DNA of 64,000 nucleotides from Bugula neritina (taxonomy: Eukaryota; Animalia; Bryozoa): positions 806,001 through 870,000 of the forward strand of contig OZ037768.1 in assembly GCA_964035545.1 (NCBI GenBank), given 5' to 3'. Positions within the stretch are counted from its first letter, which is position 1, and each line of letters starts with the position of its first letter. The notes below the pieces were generated by a model. It was not told the origin of the DNA and searched no databases. It saw only the letters and a list, made by a program, of their open reading frames with translations. The position numbers and the translations under genes were made by a program. Positions 1 to 14,729 of the stretch are shown here, piece after piece.

Positions 1-141
1 ATTAATTTACTATTTTAGTTTGTACTAACATTACTGAAGTCAGCAATAGTTATTACGTAATTGAACTGGTTATACCTGTGAATGAGTGTTCAATTTGGTG
101 GCTGTTGCTAAAGTTTCAGCTTTTCTTTGGCGATAGACTGA

Positions 142-1330
<1,189 letters not shown>

Positions 1331-1737
1331 ATATACTTGGCTATGATTGGATGATTACAAAACCATACTCACTACTGGCAACTGTGCAACAGAAGATAGA
1401 ATTATATGTATTTTATATATCTCTCCTCATTTTGTCATATATTATATTATAGCTATGTATGTTTGTCAATATAACTCTACCATTATATTATATACAGTTC
1501 CGTACGTATCTCTCAACAACTTTGTATTATATTCTATTCATTCTTATACAACCAACATATATTACACAAGATTTAAATATAATATGTGAACACCACTGCA
1601 ACATAACATATAAGTTTGTCTTCTCTACATCACCATAGTTATCTTGAGTAGAAATTCCTAGATACCTACAAATAATACCATAGCACATCAGGTATTTAAT
1701 ATTATACGCAGAGTTTGCCCTTCTCTACAGAATGTGA

Positions 1738-1805
1738 GCAACATGACAAGCTCAACTAATAACATGACAAGCTCAACTAATAACATGACAAGCTCAACTA
1801 ACATG
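1738..1805. repeat. 21-nt tandem repeat (aacatgacaagctcaactaat, ~3x) just past the COX6C stop codon
   Basis: Direct reading. Confidence 0.85.
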
Positions 1806-1821
1806 TACTCACAGAGAATCT

Positions 1822-2490
1822 CTACTTCCATGGCTCCGTGGTGACTGTACCATCTGGCAGTACAGACTTGTATACTCCATCTTTAACCATCTCGTCAAAC
1901 AGTTTGTCAGCATCAAAATTTCTGAAATACAGGACCGATCATTGAAATCATTAAGTGCAAATCAGTCAATGTATCGAAAGGCAGTATAACATATCTCAGC
2001 CATATAATTTAGCAATATAGAAGATTCTATAATTAGACTATTTTAATGAGCTGTAGTGTGTGTACAACACCAGTACTTTATGAACTGATGGTCTGAGTTA
2101 GTGAACTGATGGTCCGAGTTTGGAACAAAGGTGCTAGACAAAGCAAGATGACCATTTCTACTGATCCTAGTTTGGAAATACAGAATCTTGCCTACAGCTA
2201 TACCTGGCTAGTTGTAAACTAAAAAGTTGAACAGATACATGAAAAGCAGGCTAAGATTTTCAGTTCGTAGCTGTTTTACTAAAGAGAACATTGAAACTAT
2301 TTGATATGAATTGAAGGATCATATAGCATAGGTGTACATACTGGTAGAATTGTTGGAATTTTCTTTTTCGTTTTTCTCTCCAAGCCATTACTCCACTGAA
2401 TGCTACAATTGATGCAATCGCAGAAATAGCTAAATGTCTTTTGCTTCTTGCCAAGTGAACTCCTCGAAGGTTGATTGGAGGGGTAGACAT
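1822..2490 (-). CDS. COX6C: Cytochrome c oxidase subunit 6C
   Basis: Exons 2490-2342 and 1921-1822 give MSTPPINLRGVHLARSKRHLAISAIASIVAFSGVMAWREKRKRKFQQFYQNFDADKLFDEMVKDGVYKSVLPDGTVTTEPWK*. One TM helix plus the LRG...RK..F..FY.N.D....F..M...G.Y.SV pattern of COX6C. Confidence 0.88.
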
Positions 2491-5411
2491 GGTGGTGACT
2501 ACAAACAACAGGTGAGAGAAGGGTTTATACAAGAGGGTAGGGTATAAAGCACTTTGAAACCGTAGTATAAGGTGGCAGGTGTTACAATAAAACAAACTTG
2601 AAAGCAGTATGCTGATGTAACTGTGTGAGCTTGTGAACTAAAGATGTTCGTAACAAGAAAACTGTTATATGACGGTAAACACAGAACCAAACAAGGGTGG
2701 CCTGTAAACATTTACTGGCAATATCAATACGCTAAGACTAGTTATGTGCGTTCACTTGATTTTAACCAATTCTATTTTTCATCTCCAGTGTGAGTAAAAT
2801 TTAGTTTTATTCCAAATGCTAACCTTTCTACCAATATAAATAAACATCAGTGTGGTGTTGATTACAGCCATCACTCCCAAAAGTGACAAATACTAATAGT
2901 TACACCTCAGTTATAGTCATAATCCTATATACTATTAGTATATGCAGGTTTTACACGTTCCAATAACATGGCCACATGTTCGGTAGCTAAATGTTACAGC
3001 TGATGAATGTTATGATTTAAACCTACAGTCACTCCAACTGTTACTTTTACTGAGTCTAATCCCAACTTCTACCTTCAGTTCAATTTTCCCAGTGACTTAG
3101 CTAAAGCTTTGGTTTAGGTTTAATAAAATTCCACTTGTCATGTGTTGTAGTGAATGGGCTTATGTCATCTTACTATTTATGCTTACAACCATACTCATTA
3201 ATATTTATATAGACTTAAACTTGTTGTTAATTATAAGGAGTTACATGCATCCAGAACCCCTTTACCTTACTATAGCTATTAGTATTATTAAATACTCGTT
3301 CATAAAGTTAGATGATTGCTGACAATTGTAATATTAAATATATATTTATTATAACCAAAAGAAAATATAGAGGTAATTGACTATTCAAATATGGCGGCAT
3401 TATCCATACACTTAGAATCTGACAATCACAATGACACACTCGCAGACATGTCTCACTGTGACTCTGACTGCCAGTCTCTCAGTCTGCAACACTATCAATC
3501 ATCATTGGCACCATGGAATCATTAAAACCAAAATATGTTATGCTAATGGCCGGAACTGTTAGACTTAGCCATCACTCGTTAGTTATATATATTATTATTA
3601 AAGACTAATCATTGTGATTATCAATGTGATTATAATTATGACATTCACATTGATTAGATTTACTTTAACTTTTAGAATTAGTCATTACAATTACCATAAT
3701 CAATACCATTATTAATATTATTATAATTTAAATTATGATCATGATCATCATTGTCAATGTTATAGTGATACTGATAGTGATAATCATAATTTCTTATCAT
3801 TATAATGAAATGTTATTATTAAATTATAGATAATAATTATTATTAATATTAATATTATGACTAAGTCTAAAGAGTGATGGTCATAGATATAGTAATAGTG
3901 ATACTCATCAGAGTCAGTCATTACTCATATTCATAGTGACTGAGAGCAGCATAGTCATAAGACTAATTCAAATTGAGTAATAAGTTTGACTATCACTATG
4001 TCTTATGATACTCACAGTCACACTCACTATGAATATGACTATCATTAACGACTGATGAGTATCACCATCAGAATGACTAATCCCTACCACTTATGATAGT
4101 GATACTGATAGTCATAGTCATACTGTCACTGGTAGTCACTACGGTAGTGATAGTGGCTACAGGTTAAACTTGGTCACTTACAGTTACTCTTACTTTTACT
4201 TTTAGTTTTAGTCTTACAGTTACTTACACTTAGTCTTACAGTACTTCTAGTCTTACTCTTAGTGATACTTATACTCATACTGATAGTGATACTGATAATT
4301 GATAGTGAGTATGACAATAATAATGATAGTCATTCAACTTTCAAGTGATTCCGATAGTCATACTCACAGTGACAGTGAGTCATAGTCATACTGATACTCA
4401 TAGTTATAGTATCAGTCATAGTCATAGTGGTACTCATACTGAGAGTGCGTATCACATAGATACTCATACTCAAAATACTGATATTCATTGAATTTGATAT
4501 CTAAATTGAAAAACTAATTAAATACTTAGTAGTTAGTTTCTTGAACTTGAATTCACAAGTTAAACTTCAAGTACAAGGCCAAGCTGAAAATATTGAAGGC
4601 CAATCACCAAACCGTGTGATAACTGGGTACTAATGCCGGTCGAACGAATTCCCTAGCCTTGGAAAGCTCAAGTGATCTTTACTTTATAATTAAAAACGAT
4701 TCTTTCGATGGACACGAATTTGCAAATTTCAGTCTATGCTCCCTCTACGTTAATTGGTTGACAAAACCGAAAATGAAACTACGCATGAGAAGTGCGTTCT
4801 TGTACGAAATTATGAAGATAAATAAAACCATGAAAATATTATATGAACAAGATTAAATTGTGAATATCATTATGAATATATCAACGGTCATGTCACTCAA
4901 TTTTTTAGTTGAGTGAACTAGATTATTATCATATGTTTGTATTTATATTCATAGTAAAAATTAGGAATTAGACTGAGGGTAAATTTGTGAGAAAGAATCA
5001 GTATCACTTTGAGTTTCAGTTTGACTATCACTATGACTATCAGTATGGCTATAAGTATAAGTAATACCTAATCTTATAGACTATTGTTGTAAAAATAATA
5101 ATAGTATCAAAGTATAGCTTTAGGAATGGCATTATAGCTATGCCTTAGGCTTATGGGTCGCCAGAAGAATAATCCTCATCATTATTAATAAATTAAATTA
5201 TCACTTGATCATTATCATTATGATTATCATACTAAGAATAGCATAGTTTTCTCTAGCTTGTTATATTTTTTGTTTAATGTTAAGCTAGCTTTTAAATTTT
5301 CCACAGTTATTTCAATTTTTTAAACTCTGCTCTAATAATTTGATCACATGTTTATAATTATTGAATTATTATTTCTTTAATTTGGCAAATACTTGTTTCA
5401 GCATTGCTGTA

Positions 5412-8400
5412 ATGGAGGCATTTCCTGTACTGGATATTCATACTGGCAATGTAAGAAATGTGTGGCCTTCTTTAAAGCTGGGAATAATGACGGCTGATTT
5501 CATAGCTTTAGACTTGGTAAGTTATAAATGCTCTGTCATGATTGAAAAAATGTGTTCTTGTGAATTACTTGCTTTTCCAGTTTTTTTATGAATTAAAGAT
5601 GACGTTTTCTTATTTGATTGTAGAGTAACTATATTGGATATCTCATGTTCCCAAATGTTCTCCAAAATGGATCACATTTTATCTTCTCAAAAACATACTT
5701 TAACTTTAGAAACAATTTATGGGTTGAAAAAGTTGGCAAGTAAAGCCTTAGAGTTTTGCTTATTTATTGTGTTTCAGGAACTTAGTGGGCTCGGAGACAG
5801 GAAGAAGCTCTGCAGTAAGTAAGTTATAACCAACATTGTATAATGTACATATAGTATATTATAACCAACATTGTATGATGTACATATAGTATATTATAAC
5901 CAACATTGTATAATGTACATATAGTATATTATAACCAACATTGTATGATGTACATATAATATATTATAACCAACATTGTATAATGTACATATAGTATATT
6001 ATAACCAACATTGCATAATGTACATATAGTATATTATAACCAACATTGTATAATGTACATATAGTATATTATAACCAACATTGTATAATATACATATAGT
6101 ATATTATAACCAACATTGTATGATATACATATAGTATATTATAACCAACATTGTATAATGTACATATAGTATATTCTAACCAACATTGTATAATGTACAT
6201 ATAGTATATTATAACCAACATTGTATAATGTACATATAGTATATTATAACCAACATTGTATGATGTACATATAGTATATTCTAACCAACATTGTATAATG
6301 TACATATAGTATATTATAACCAACATTGTATAATGTACATATAGTATATTCTAACCAACATTGTATAATGTACATATAGTAGAAGGTTGGGAAGTAGGTG
6401 GGTCTCTACTGTATACTGGTACCTCTTCAGTTACACAATAAAGCTCACAACAAGCATCTTTTGCCCTTTTAATACTCAATTTATTTCATGACTCTTAACA
6501 TGATTTTTGCTGTGGATACCGTTATACTACTTTTAGCTCTATTAGATGCCATGTACTGCTATGTTTAGTCATGAGTTACTCATTGCTCATCCTTACTACG
6601 CCAGTTGTATTATTTTGCTGCTGCCAGGTGTCTGGAGGAGAGATACGCCGGAGTGTGTGATGCTGCCAATACTAGATCTATAATATCACTGGGGCTGTCT
6701 CTGTTCAGGTCATCAGGTCAACAGGTTTGTTGTCTTCTGCATAGTTTACTAAAGCAGACGTATGCGTGATGTCATGACCAGAGAATTGTGGGGCTTACAT
6801 GGCTACACTCTCAAGTCATCATATCTGAAGAGTGTAGTCTAGACTCAGCCCCCTTTATTAACCTCTCTTTCTACTGTTATGTCCGTCAATGTTTGCTTCA
6901 TTGCTATCACAAATATGTCACAGCATTGTCACAATACTGTCACGAGTTTTTAAGACTAGCCATTAACAAAATCAAGCTCAAAATATTGCATTCTTCACCA
7001 TCTGGCAAGTTTACACTTTAAATGTCTATTTCCACGAGTCACCTAGTAAATACTGTGCTTAGTAAATACTGTGCCTAGTAAATACTGTACCTAGTAAATA
7101 CTGTACCTTGTAAATACTGTGTCTAGTAAATACTGTGCCTAGTGAATACTGTACCTTGTAAATACTGTGCCTAGTGAATACTGTACCTAGTAAATGCTGT
7201 ACCCAGTAAATACTGTGCCTAGTAAATACTGTGCCTAGTAAATACTGTACCTAGTAAATATTATACTTAGCACACATTACAGCTAAGTTATAAACACTAC
7301 AGGATGAAGCAGTTAGCCAGTCAGCCTACATGGTGCAGACGTACAACATCCTCTCTCTCTGCTCTCAGTCATACACAGTAGAACCAGAGGCACTCAGGTT
7401 TCTCAGACGTCACGGGTTTGACTTCAATAAGCAGTGCAGTGCTGGACTCTCGTATACTAAAGGTAGTCCGCAGGAAGAGGTATAAATATACACCATGTTC
7501 AATACTCTAAGTGTTAGATTTCAATTTGTCGTCCTTCATGAATTACGAATCTTTACTGGTGTCAGTGAAAGTACTTATTGTAATAATGTAGTTACGTGTT
7601 ATAGCATTTGATTAATGTGGTGATGTCATCATTTGCTGTGGTAAAGTACACGTATCTGCTCATCGTCACGAGGGGGGCGGTGGTGAGGGGGAGACGCCAC
7701 TAGTTTCATTAATGTGTGCCTGTGTCGTCAAACATAATGTCAGCATGCAACATAAAACATAAAACTTGAAACTTTATTATGTTATACAACAGGTCACTTC
7801 TATCACGTCTTTTATTTTCTTAATTTCTTTTTACGCAGGTAGAAAAGGACATTTCTTTGAATCATATATTTTACCTGCTGGTGTTCTCCCATAAGCCTCT
7901 AGTGCTACACAATGGCCTGGTGGATCTGGTCTTCCTCTATAGAAATCTCCACCTTAAGTTGCCTCTAAAGTTGTCCACCTTCCTAGCTGATGCAGAAGAC
8001 ATGTTTCCATCGGGGGTGTTTGACACCAAGTATATTGCTGAGTATCATGTGAGATCTAGGGCTAGCTATCTGCAGTATGTCTTCCGAACATGGTACGTCT
8101 GCATGTAATATATGTCTGCATGTTGTATACGTCATTTGTATATGGTATATGTCACACATGTATGATATATGTCACATGTGTGTATAATATATGTCACAGG
8201 TGTGTATTATATGTCACAGGTGTGTATTATATATGTCACAGGTGTGTATTATATATGTCACACGTGTGTATTATATATGTCACACGTGTGTATTATATAT
8301 GTCACATGTGTGTATTATATATGTCACATATGTGTATTATATATGTCACATGTGCGTATTATATATGTCACATGTGTGTATTATATATGTCACACGTGTG

Positions 8401-9469
8401 TATTATATATGTCACATATGTGTATTATATATGTCACAGCTGGGAGTGGAATAATGAACAGTCGAAAAGCATTAACTTCAGTTTTCTCCCTCCTCCCTCA
8501 TCAGATGACGTGTATATGTTTACTTTAACTACTCACACAGCGTCCGCTCTGCCGGTCTGTAAACAGTATGCTGTACGTATCCACTTTATAATCTGTATTC
8601 CTCAAATATTTAGCATGTTATAGCAATGTGTAGAAGGGTGTAGTGTGTTTAGTGTGGGCTTCTCTTGGTAACAGTTTGGTAACATGCACTGTTTGTGTAA
8701 TGTTGAAGCTCACAGTTGGGTGATAGAGTCATATAACAATGCAGCAATATAGTAACTTGGCAACAGAGTAATATAATAATAGAGTAATAGAGTAATATAA
8801 TAATAGAGTAATACACAAGTGTATTGCAATAATGTTTATAATTAGCTACTGGTATTTTTATTATTCATAGTTTAGTAAAGTGCAGTGTATATTATAGTGT
8901 ACTATACTTTAGTAAAGTGTACTATACTGCAGTATTCTCTGTCACAGGCCCATGGCTGGTGTCCACGAGCAGACGGATGCACCGAGTCACATGACTTGAC
9001 TAACATTCTTCACTCGGAGAAACTCAAGTCCGTCGTTCTGAAGAACAGGAAGCGGCGGCTGAAGGCGAGAGAACGCAGGAAGCAGTCAAAGGTCATCAAG
9101 AGTTCACCAGAGGTATCAGTTGAAGATATTGTCAACCCGTTCTCTCATCGCGACTCAATGTCAGCTGAAGGTCACACCGAGTCGGAGACATCAACAGACG
9201 TTGCGTCACATGACCTGACTACTTGTGAAGATGTGACTAAACTAGCAGACGGTCACAGGGCGGGTGTTGATGCGTTTATGACGGGAGTTTGCTACTGCAT
9301 TATGGGAGCTCAATTATCAAACAGGAAACTGAGCCTACAGGATATGAGAAACAAGGTTTATCTTAGTGGGAAAACCTTACCATTGCATGTAACTAGAGGC
9401 AACTTTGGTAAAATGTCGAACTTGCATATGGAGAAAATGAAACTGTTGAAATTAAAAGCTATACTTTGA
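5412..9469 (+). CDS. TOE1: Target of EGR1 protein 1 (CAF1-family DEDD deadenylase with CCCH finger and basic NLS)
   Basis: Exons 5412-5516, 5778-5818, 6628-6724, 7303-7479, 7839-8092, 8440-8572, 8948-9469. Motifs: FIALDLELSGLG, HGFDFNKQ, LVLHNGLVDL, FDTKY, CKQYAAHGWCPRADGCTESHD, KNRKRRLKARERRK, HRAGVDAFMTG, NKVYLSGK. Confidence 0.93.
5825..6380. repeat. 35-nt minisatellite (ttataaccaacattgtataatgtacatatagtata, ~16x) starting just after the TOE1 donor at 5819
   Basis: Direct reading. Confidence 0.95.
7042..7265. repeat. 16-nt minisatellite (ctagtaaatactgtgc, ~14x) ending ~40 nt before a TOE1 acceptor
   Basis: Direct reading. Confidence 0.93.
8140..8439 (+). repeat. 22-nt minisatellite (tgtgtattatatatgtcaca[g/c/t]..., ~13x) whose last copy is the TOE1 acceptor
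   Basis: The array ends in atgtcacag|ctgggag at 8439/8440. Three upstream copies also end in cacag. Confidence 0.93.
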
Positions 9470-9505
9470 TGGACTAACTTTGTATTAACAACAAATGTGT
9501 AACAG

Positions 9506-12500
9506 TTACGATTTTTTAAATGAATCAATCAACATCCATTCTAGAAATCGTGACCCAGTAATGACCTTGCACATGATGATGTCACCATTGCTGTACCTTG
9601 GAGATGTTATATAGACTCGTTTACGACCCCTTTTGTCCCAGTCAGTGTTGCTGACAAACCATTCTTCAACATTGGTCAAAACTGTGTCCGGTTTGAACAG
9701 CAGTTGTCTTCCCTTTGACATATATCGGCTGAGATAGTTGGCAGGCAGTCTAAGGGACATGAGTTCTGACCCCGTCTGAAAGTATCAATTGTCTTTTATA
9801 CAAGTACGAAAGCTAATAATAATATATAATTTAAAATATGTTTTTTTTAGAATATAATACAAATCATCTTCCTCTGCTCTCGCTCACCAAGTTTGTGTCA
9901 TTGCAACTTCTCGATAAATCGGAGTACAGAGCTTTGGGAAGGTATTTCTTAATGCTCTCCCTTGAAAATGTCTTCACCAGCTGCTGTGTGGGCGTCTGTT
10001 GAGCAAGAGAGATGTCCATCGGGTTGAGTGGCATGTCGTTGTGCATTGGAACCGAAAAGGTAATGTTTGCATCACTTAAAAAGGAAATTTCTGGGTCCGA
10101 AGCTAAAAATGTAACATCGTCTACACTGACCCCATATGCATCTACCTGAAAATCAACAAAACTGTTGATAATATTTTTTTCCTAAATAAAGTTGAACAGT
10201 TATTGTTGGTCTCACTCACTCAATTTTCTAGAAAAGGCGTCAGCTTATGTTAACTTAAAGCCTTAGCACAGGTCAGGTTTCATTTCCGAAGTAAAAAATT
10301 ACACAATATGACCACTTTGTAACTTAAAATAGTAAATTGGTGAACTTTTCTTCTGCTCAAATTGACACAAATGAACATCATTATAAAAAATGTCTTCAGA
10401 CACTTACACTTATGTTTGTACTGATAACCCCTGAAAAAGTGACTGCTACCAAGTTGGCCCAACTGTTATTTCCCTCACCGTCCATCTTTAAGGCTCTTAA
10501 AAATGGCTACAAATAAATTATAACTTCACTATAATAAGGATTGTCTGTACAATAGGGTTTCATTATGATAGAAGTTGAGCACTAGTTGAGATAAACAGAA
10601 GATCCGTGTCAAGCGCACAACAAGCGTTGCTTGCAGTCAAATCAACAAGTTGCATGTAGAAATACCAGCCTTAGCAATTTTGGCTGTCGAGTTGTGGAAA
10701 GATTGGAGAGTTAGATTAGCTCTGTTCACTTCTTTAATATTGGTAGTTGTCGGCCCATTCATTGTAAGAAAAGCATTGGTGATGTCGGCTAGCAGACTGT
10801 GGGCCTCTTTCTCTGTTTTATCAGCTATAAGATCATTAGTTTCCACTAGCTGAGGCATTGGTCCAGAGGCTATCTGACTGTGATTCACACCAGGTACAAC
10901 AATAACTGGTGTTTTGTGGTTGTATCCAGGCAGCTGTCTGCAAGGTAGTTCATATTATAAAGACTTCCATTCCATATGTAGAAGATTTTATATATTCATG
11001 TTATTGGTATCATTTTATCAATACTTTATTATGCGCAATAAAGTAATGATAATGAAGAATAATAAGTATCAATCATTTTATAAATGATTTTAGGTAAAAA
11101 TGGCAAAGTAAAAGTGGCACTGGTAGTAATGGCACAAATTAAAAAGTAGGTAAAAATGGCACACTGATGTTAAATTTTGCCAACCCCAAACACAAAACAC
11201 CCAAACCTAAACCCCCATTCCAAACCTCCAACTTCTACCCCAATGTTGAATGTGCCACTTTTACCCATTTTTCAATTTGTGTTATTATTACCTGTGCCAT
11301 TTTTACCGGACACCGTTATAAATACATTTAACTATGCTGCATGGCTAAAAAATATGTCAATATATAAGCTTAATTCTAATGATATAGAGTACTTTTAGGA
11401 GTATATATAAAAATACCTTAGATAGAATAACATATATAAGGCACTACGGACTACATAGTAATGAAAGCTATGACAGTAATGAAAGGATCAACGATTTTGA
11501 ACTATAACAGTTCTTATTAGAGACTTGGCATTAGTTTTCAAAAAGCCATAGTTCAAGAGAGGAGCCCATTTTACCCGAAATCTTTGATAATTCTTGTCAT
11601 CCTGCACATGCCATCTTGGTCCCCTGTCATGGTTATTACAGGTACCGGGTAGTCATGCAATTTAACTGAATGACTGATGTATGATCCGTAGAGAACCACA
11701 CCAGCTACTTCTAATGGGTTTTGTCGTACATACATATCCAGGAAAACCCCTGCATAAAGACACGCAGGTGGATAGTATCTCATGCTTTAGAAAGCTGCTA
11801 CTATCTGCTGTTGTACTTATTGTACAAAATTATAGGGTTAGAGAAGAATATTGAAAGAGCATTCGACTGCCAAACTCAACACTAACTATTGCTTATCAGA
11901 ATATATCTAAATGATTGGTGGATAGAAGTAAGTAGCCATGTTTTACCTCCAAGGCTGTGAGCTGCCAGGAAAACTGGAGCACTATCTGGAAGTCCTTCCT
12001 TTCTCATGTCGCTGATGGTATCTTCAATAAACCCCTTCATCTGAAGAGGGTTGACCAGGTTACCAACCCATCCACCAACCGTAGCCACCCATATGGAGTA
12101 CACTGGGTTATTGGTCTGAATCTCAGTTGCTATGGTAACAAATGAGTATTATATAATGCTTGTTGAATGCTACCTGCGCATGAGCGTGTTAGTAACAATG
12201 GTACAGTTTGAAAATCTGCAGATGGTCTGCAATTGCAACATTCAAAGCTGCTTCAAATAACGCAAAATTTCTTTAAATTGAGATAGAATATGCCACTCTG
12301 AAAAATTATGAATAATGAGTTTTATAAAATAATGTTTATAAAGATCTCTGATAGCATGATAGTCAAGTATAAGAGCTTATACTATGTGATAGAATAGGAT
12401 ATTTGTTTACTCTATAAAATAGCATGTTATTACAGGAGTAGATAATTCTCATCTTATTCAATGCTTTCAAACTATTATTGTAGACTGTAAGATAATATAA

Positions 12501-12667
12501 GTACCTAAAGGTAAGTACTGATCAGCCCCGATTGAAGCTCCTGGAATAATCAGAAAGCCCACAGCTGGTCTTTTTTCATCTGGTGGTGCAACAATAGTTG
12601 TCTTATCACAAAACACGAGCTTCAGATATAGAACTAAAACTGCTGCCAAGTAAACTGCTTTCTCCAT
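9506..12667 (-). CDS. Secreted alpha/beta-hydrolase-fold protein (Abhydrolase_5-like N-terminal domain plus C-terminal extension)
   Basis: Exons 12667-12505, 12129-11947, 11749-11575, 10937-10670, 10506-10408, 10145-9888, 9775-9506. Signal peptide MEKAVYLAAVLVLYLKLVFC, oxyanion-region IIPGA, nucleophile AHSLGG, acid GDQDG, His in GVNHSQ. Confidence 0.82.
11093..11314. mobile_element. Foldback/MITE-like element with nested inverted repeats, in a hydrolase intron
   Basis: ggtaaaaatggca (11093, 11149) pairs with tgccatttttacc (~11295-11307). gtaaaagtggcac pairs with gtgccacttttac. The core is C/A-rich (cccaaacctaaaccc). Confidence 0.6.
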
Positions 12668-14729
12668 CACTGCTTTATTTCTAAATACTTTATCTATTGA
12701 AGTACTGCATGAATTTTGTCTACTTTCAACAAGCCCCAGTGTACCAATTACATACTCTATAACTTCACATGAATGTGGAAATTCGCACCTGTTTATTGAC
12801 ATGCATATCAGTAACTGATAACATTTGCATGCTTACATAAGTAAGTTATAAGTTGTCTTCTCTCTGTACGAGATGGTGGTTCTAAATCACTGGTCTAATT
12901 TCAGCTTTGAATTAGAAAATATTGGTAGGGTATCAATTTAGCATTCCTGTAGTTACCTTCTCAATTAGTAATGTAATAAATGTCGTGGCATCTGCATAGT
13001 GCTAAGATCTATAGGCTATATTGTTTAAAATGATCTTCCAAGGTCTAATTGATCTTGGTGCAACAGTTGTTAAGATCAATAAGGACTTAGACTTTAGAGA
13101 GAAGATAACTTCTTTTATAAAAGTAAGTTTGTAAAACGGTGGAGTTATCTTTTACTTTGACTGGCGAAGACTTTTAAGAAAACCTTTGAAGATTCGCTGA
13201 ACAAAACTACATACCAAGAAGATAAATCTCAAGGTCAAAGGCGTTTTTCACTAAATTTAGTTCAATTATAATTTTAATAATTATAGAAGGTATTCCCGCC
13301 CAGACAAATTAAAATAAAAATTAAAATAACGAAGTTTAGATTTGCTACTTGAAGATTTATATTGTGGTTTGATAATAATATGTGGTTAAAAACAATTCTT
13401 TTTAGCTAATCTCAATATTATTTTCATTTTGAAATCCTAAATTTAGTAATGGCTAATTTAATATTTATAATTATTAATTAGCAATCTCAATCTGTGATCA
13501 CTAAAAGTAAATGACCAATCAGTAACACTAACGGCAACTGCAAGTGTCACTCTGACTCTAGTCGGTATATCACTGTGACTGTAAACACTAAAAATAAATG
13601 TTATCACTAATGACCAAGTTTAAGACTAATTACAAATGTAGTTCAATGACCATGACTCACTTTGACTTTCACTGAATGCTGATCTACCAAAAATTTTTGG
13701 AATATCAATATGGATATTAATAGGTATTATAATTATGATTATAATTATGCAACTAAGATTTAAATTTGACCAACATCTTTTAGATACCTTTGGTTTTACC
13801 TAAACTTTTAATGATTTAGTTTTGTCTGTACTTCATGCTGATTATGATTATCACCATGATCATGATACTGATAAGTGATAGTGATACTCATAGACTACAA
13901 TGACAATGATAGTCTCACTGATAGTGATACTGTTTGAAGTTTAGTAATAGTAATACATATCTCACAGTACTAGCAGTTTTAGCTTGAGTTACTTGTAAAG
14001 TTACTAGATCTAATTGATATTGAATCATGAATATAATATTTATAATTATATTATTTATTATAATTGTACTTCTAGTAGACGTGGTACTAGTACTACTACT
14101 ACTAGTACTGTGAATAGACTACTATCATCTGTAACTCTATTGCAATTGTTCATAGACTATTAGCAGAGTACTAGGCCAATACCTATATTTTATGACTATG
14201 AGTAGCAATTAAAATATTTGCTAATCTATTTTTTCCCAAAACTTATAATTTTTTTTAATGTTGGTGTTCATTAAAAGCTTGGTTTTTAGGACTCTCATTC
14301 CTTTTTTGTTTTGAGCTTTGTATCGCAGTGATAATATTAATTTTAATGCCACCTTACACTTGTGTATTTTTATACCATTGTGATCTGAAATCATGAAGTT
14401 TACTGATCCTAACTAACATGCTGTGAGTGCTGTAGTGTAAATATATATGCATCAAAACTCATATTTTTGACATTAAAATATCTTTTATCCCATTGACTTC
14501 ATTAATATTGTGGTTTATGGTTTTTCAGAGACTGATTATTAATGTTTGATGCAAATCAGACTCAAAAATTACCAATTTGATGTTATTTTTTCAACATTTT
14601 TTACAATTTGTAATCAAAGTTAATGCGATGTTTGTTTTAAAAAGGTATGCAAATTTATGCCACGTTCAAACATGTTGTGCTATCATTATATATGTTACAG
14701 TATTATTTACTGGTTGCGTAGTTTTCCCG

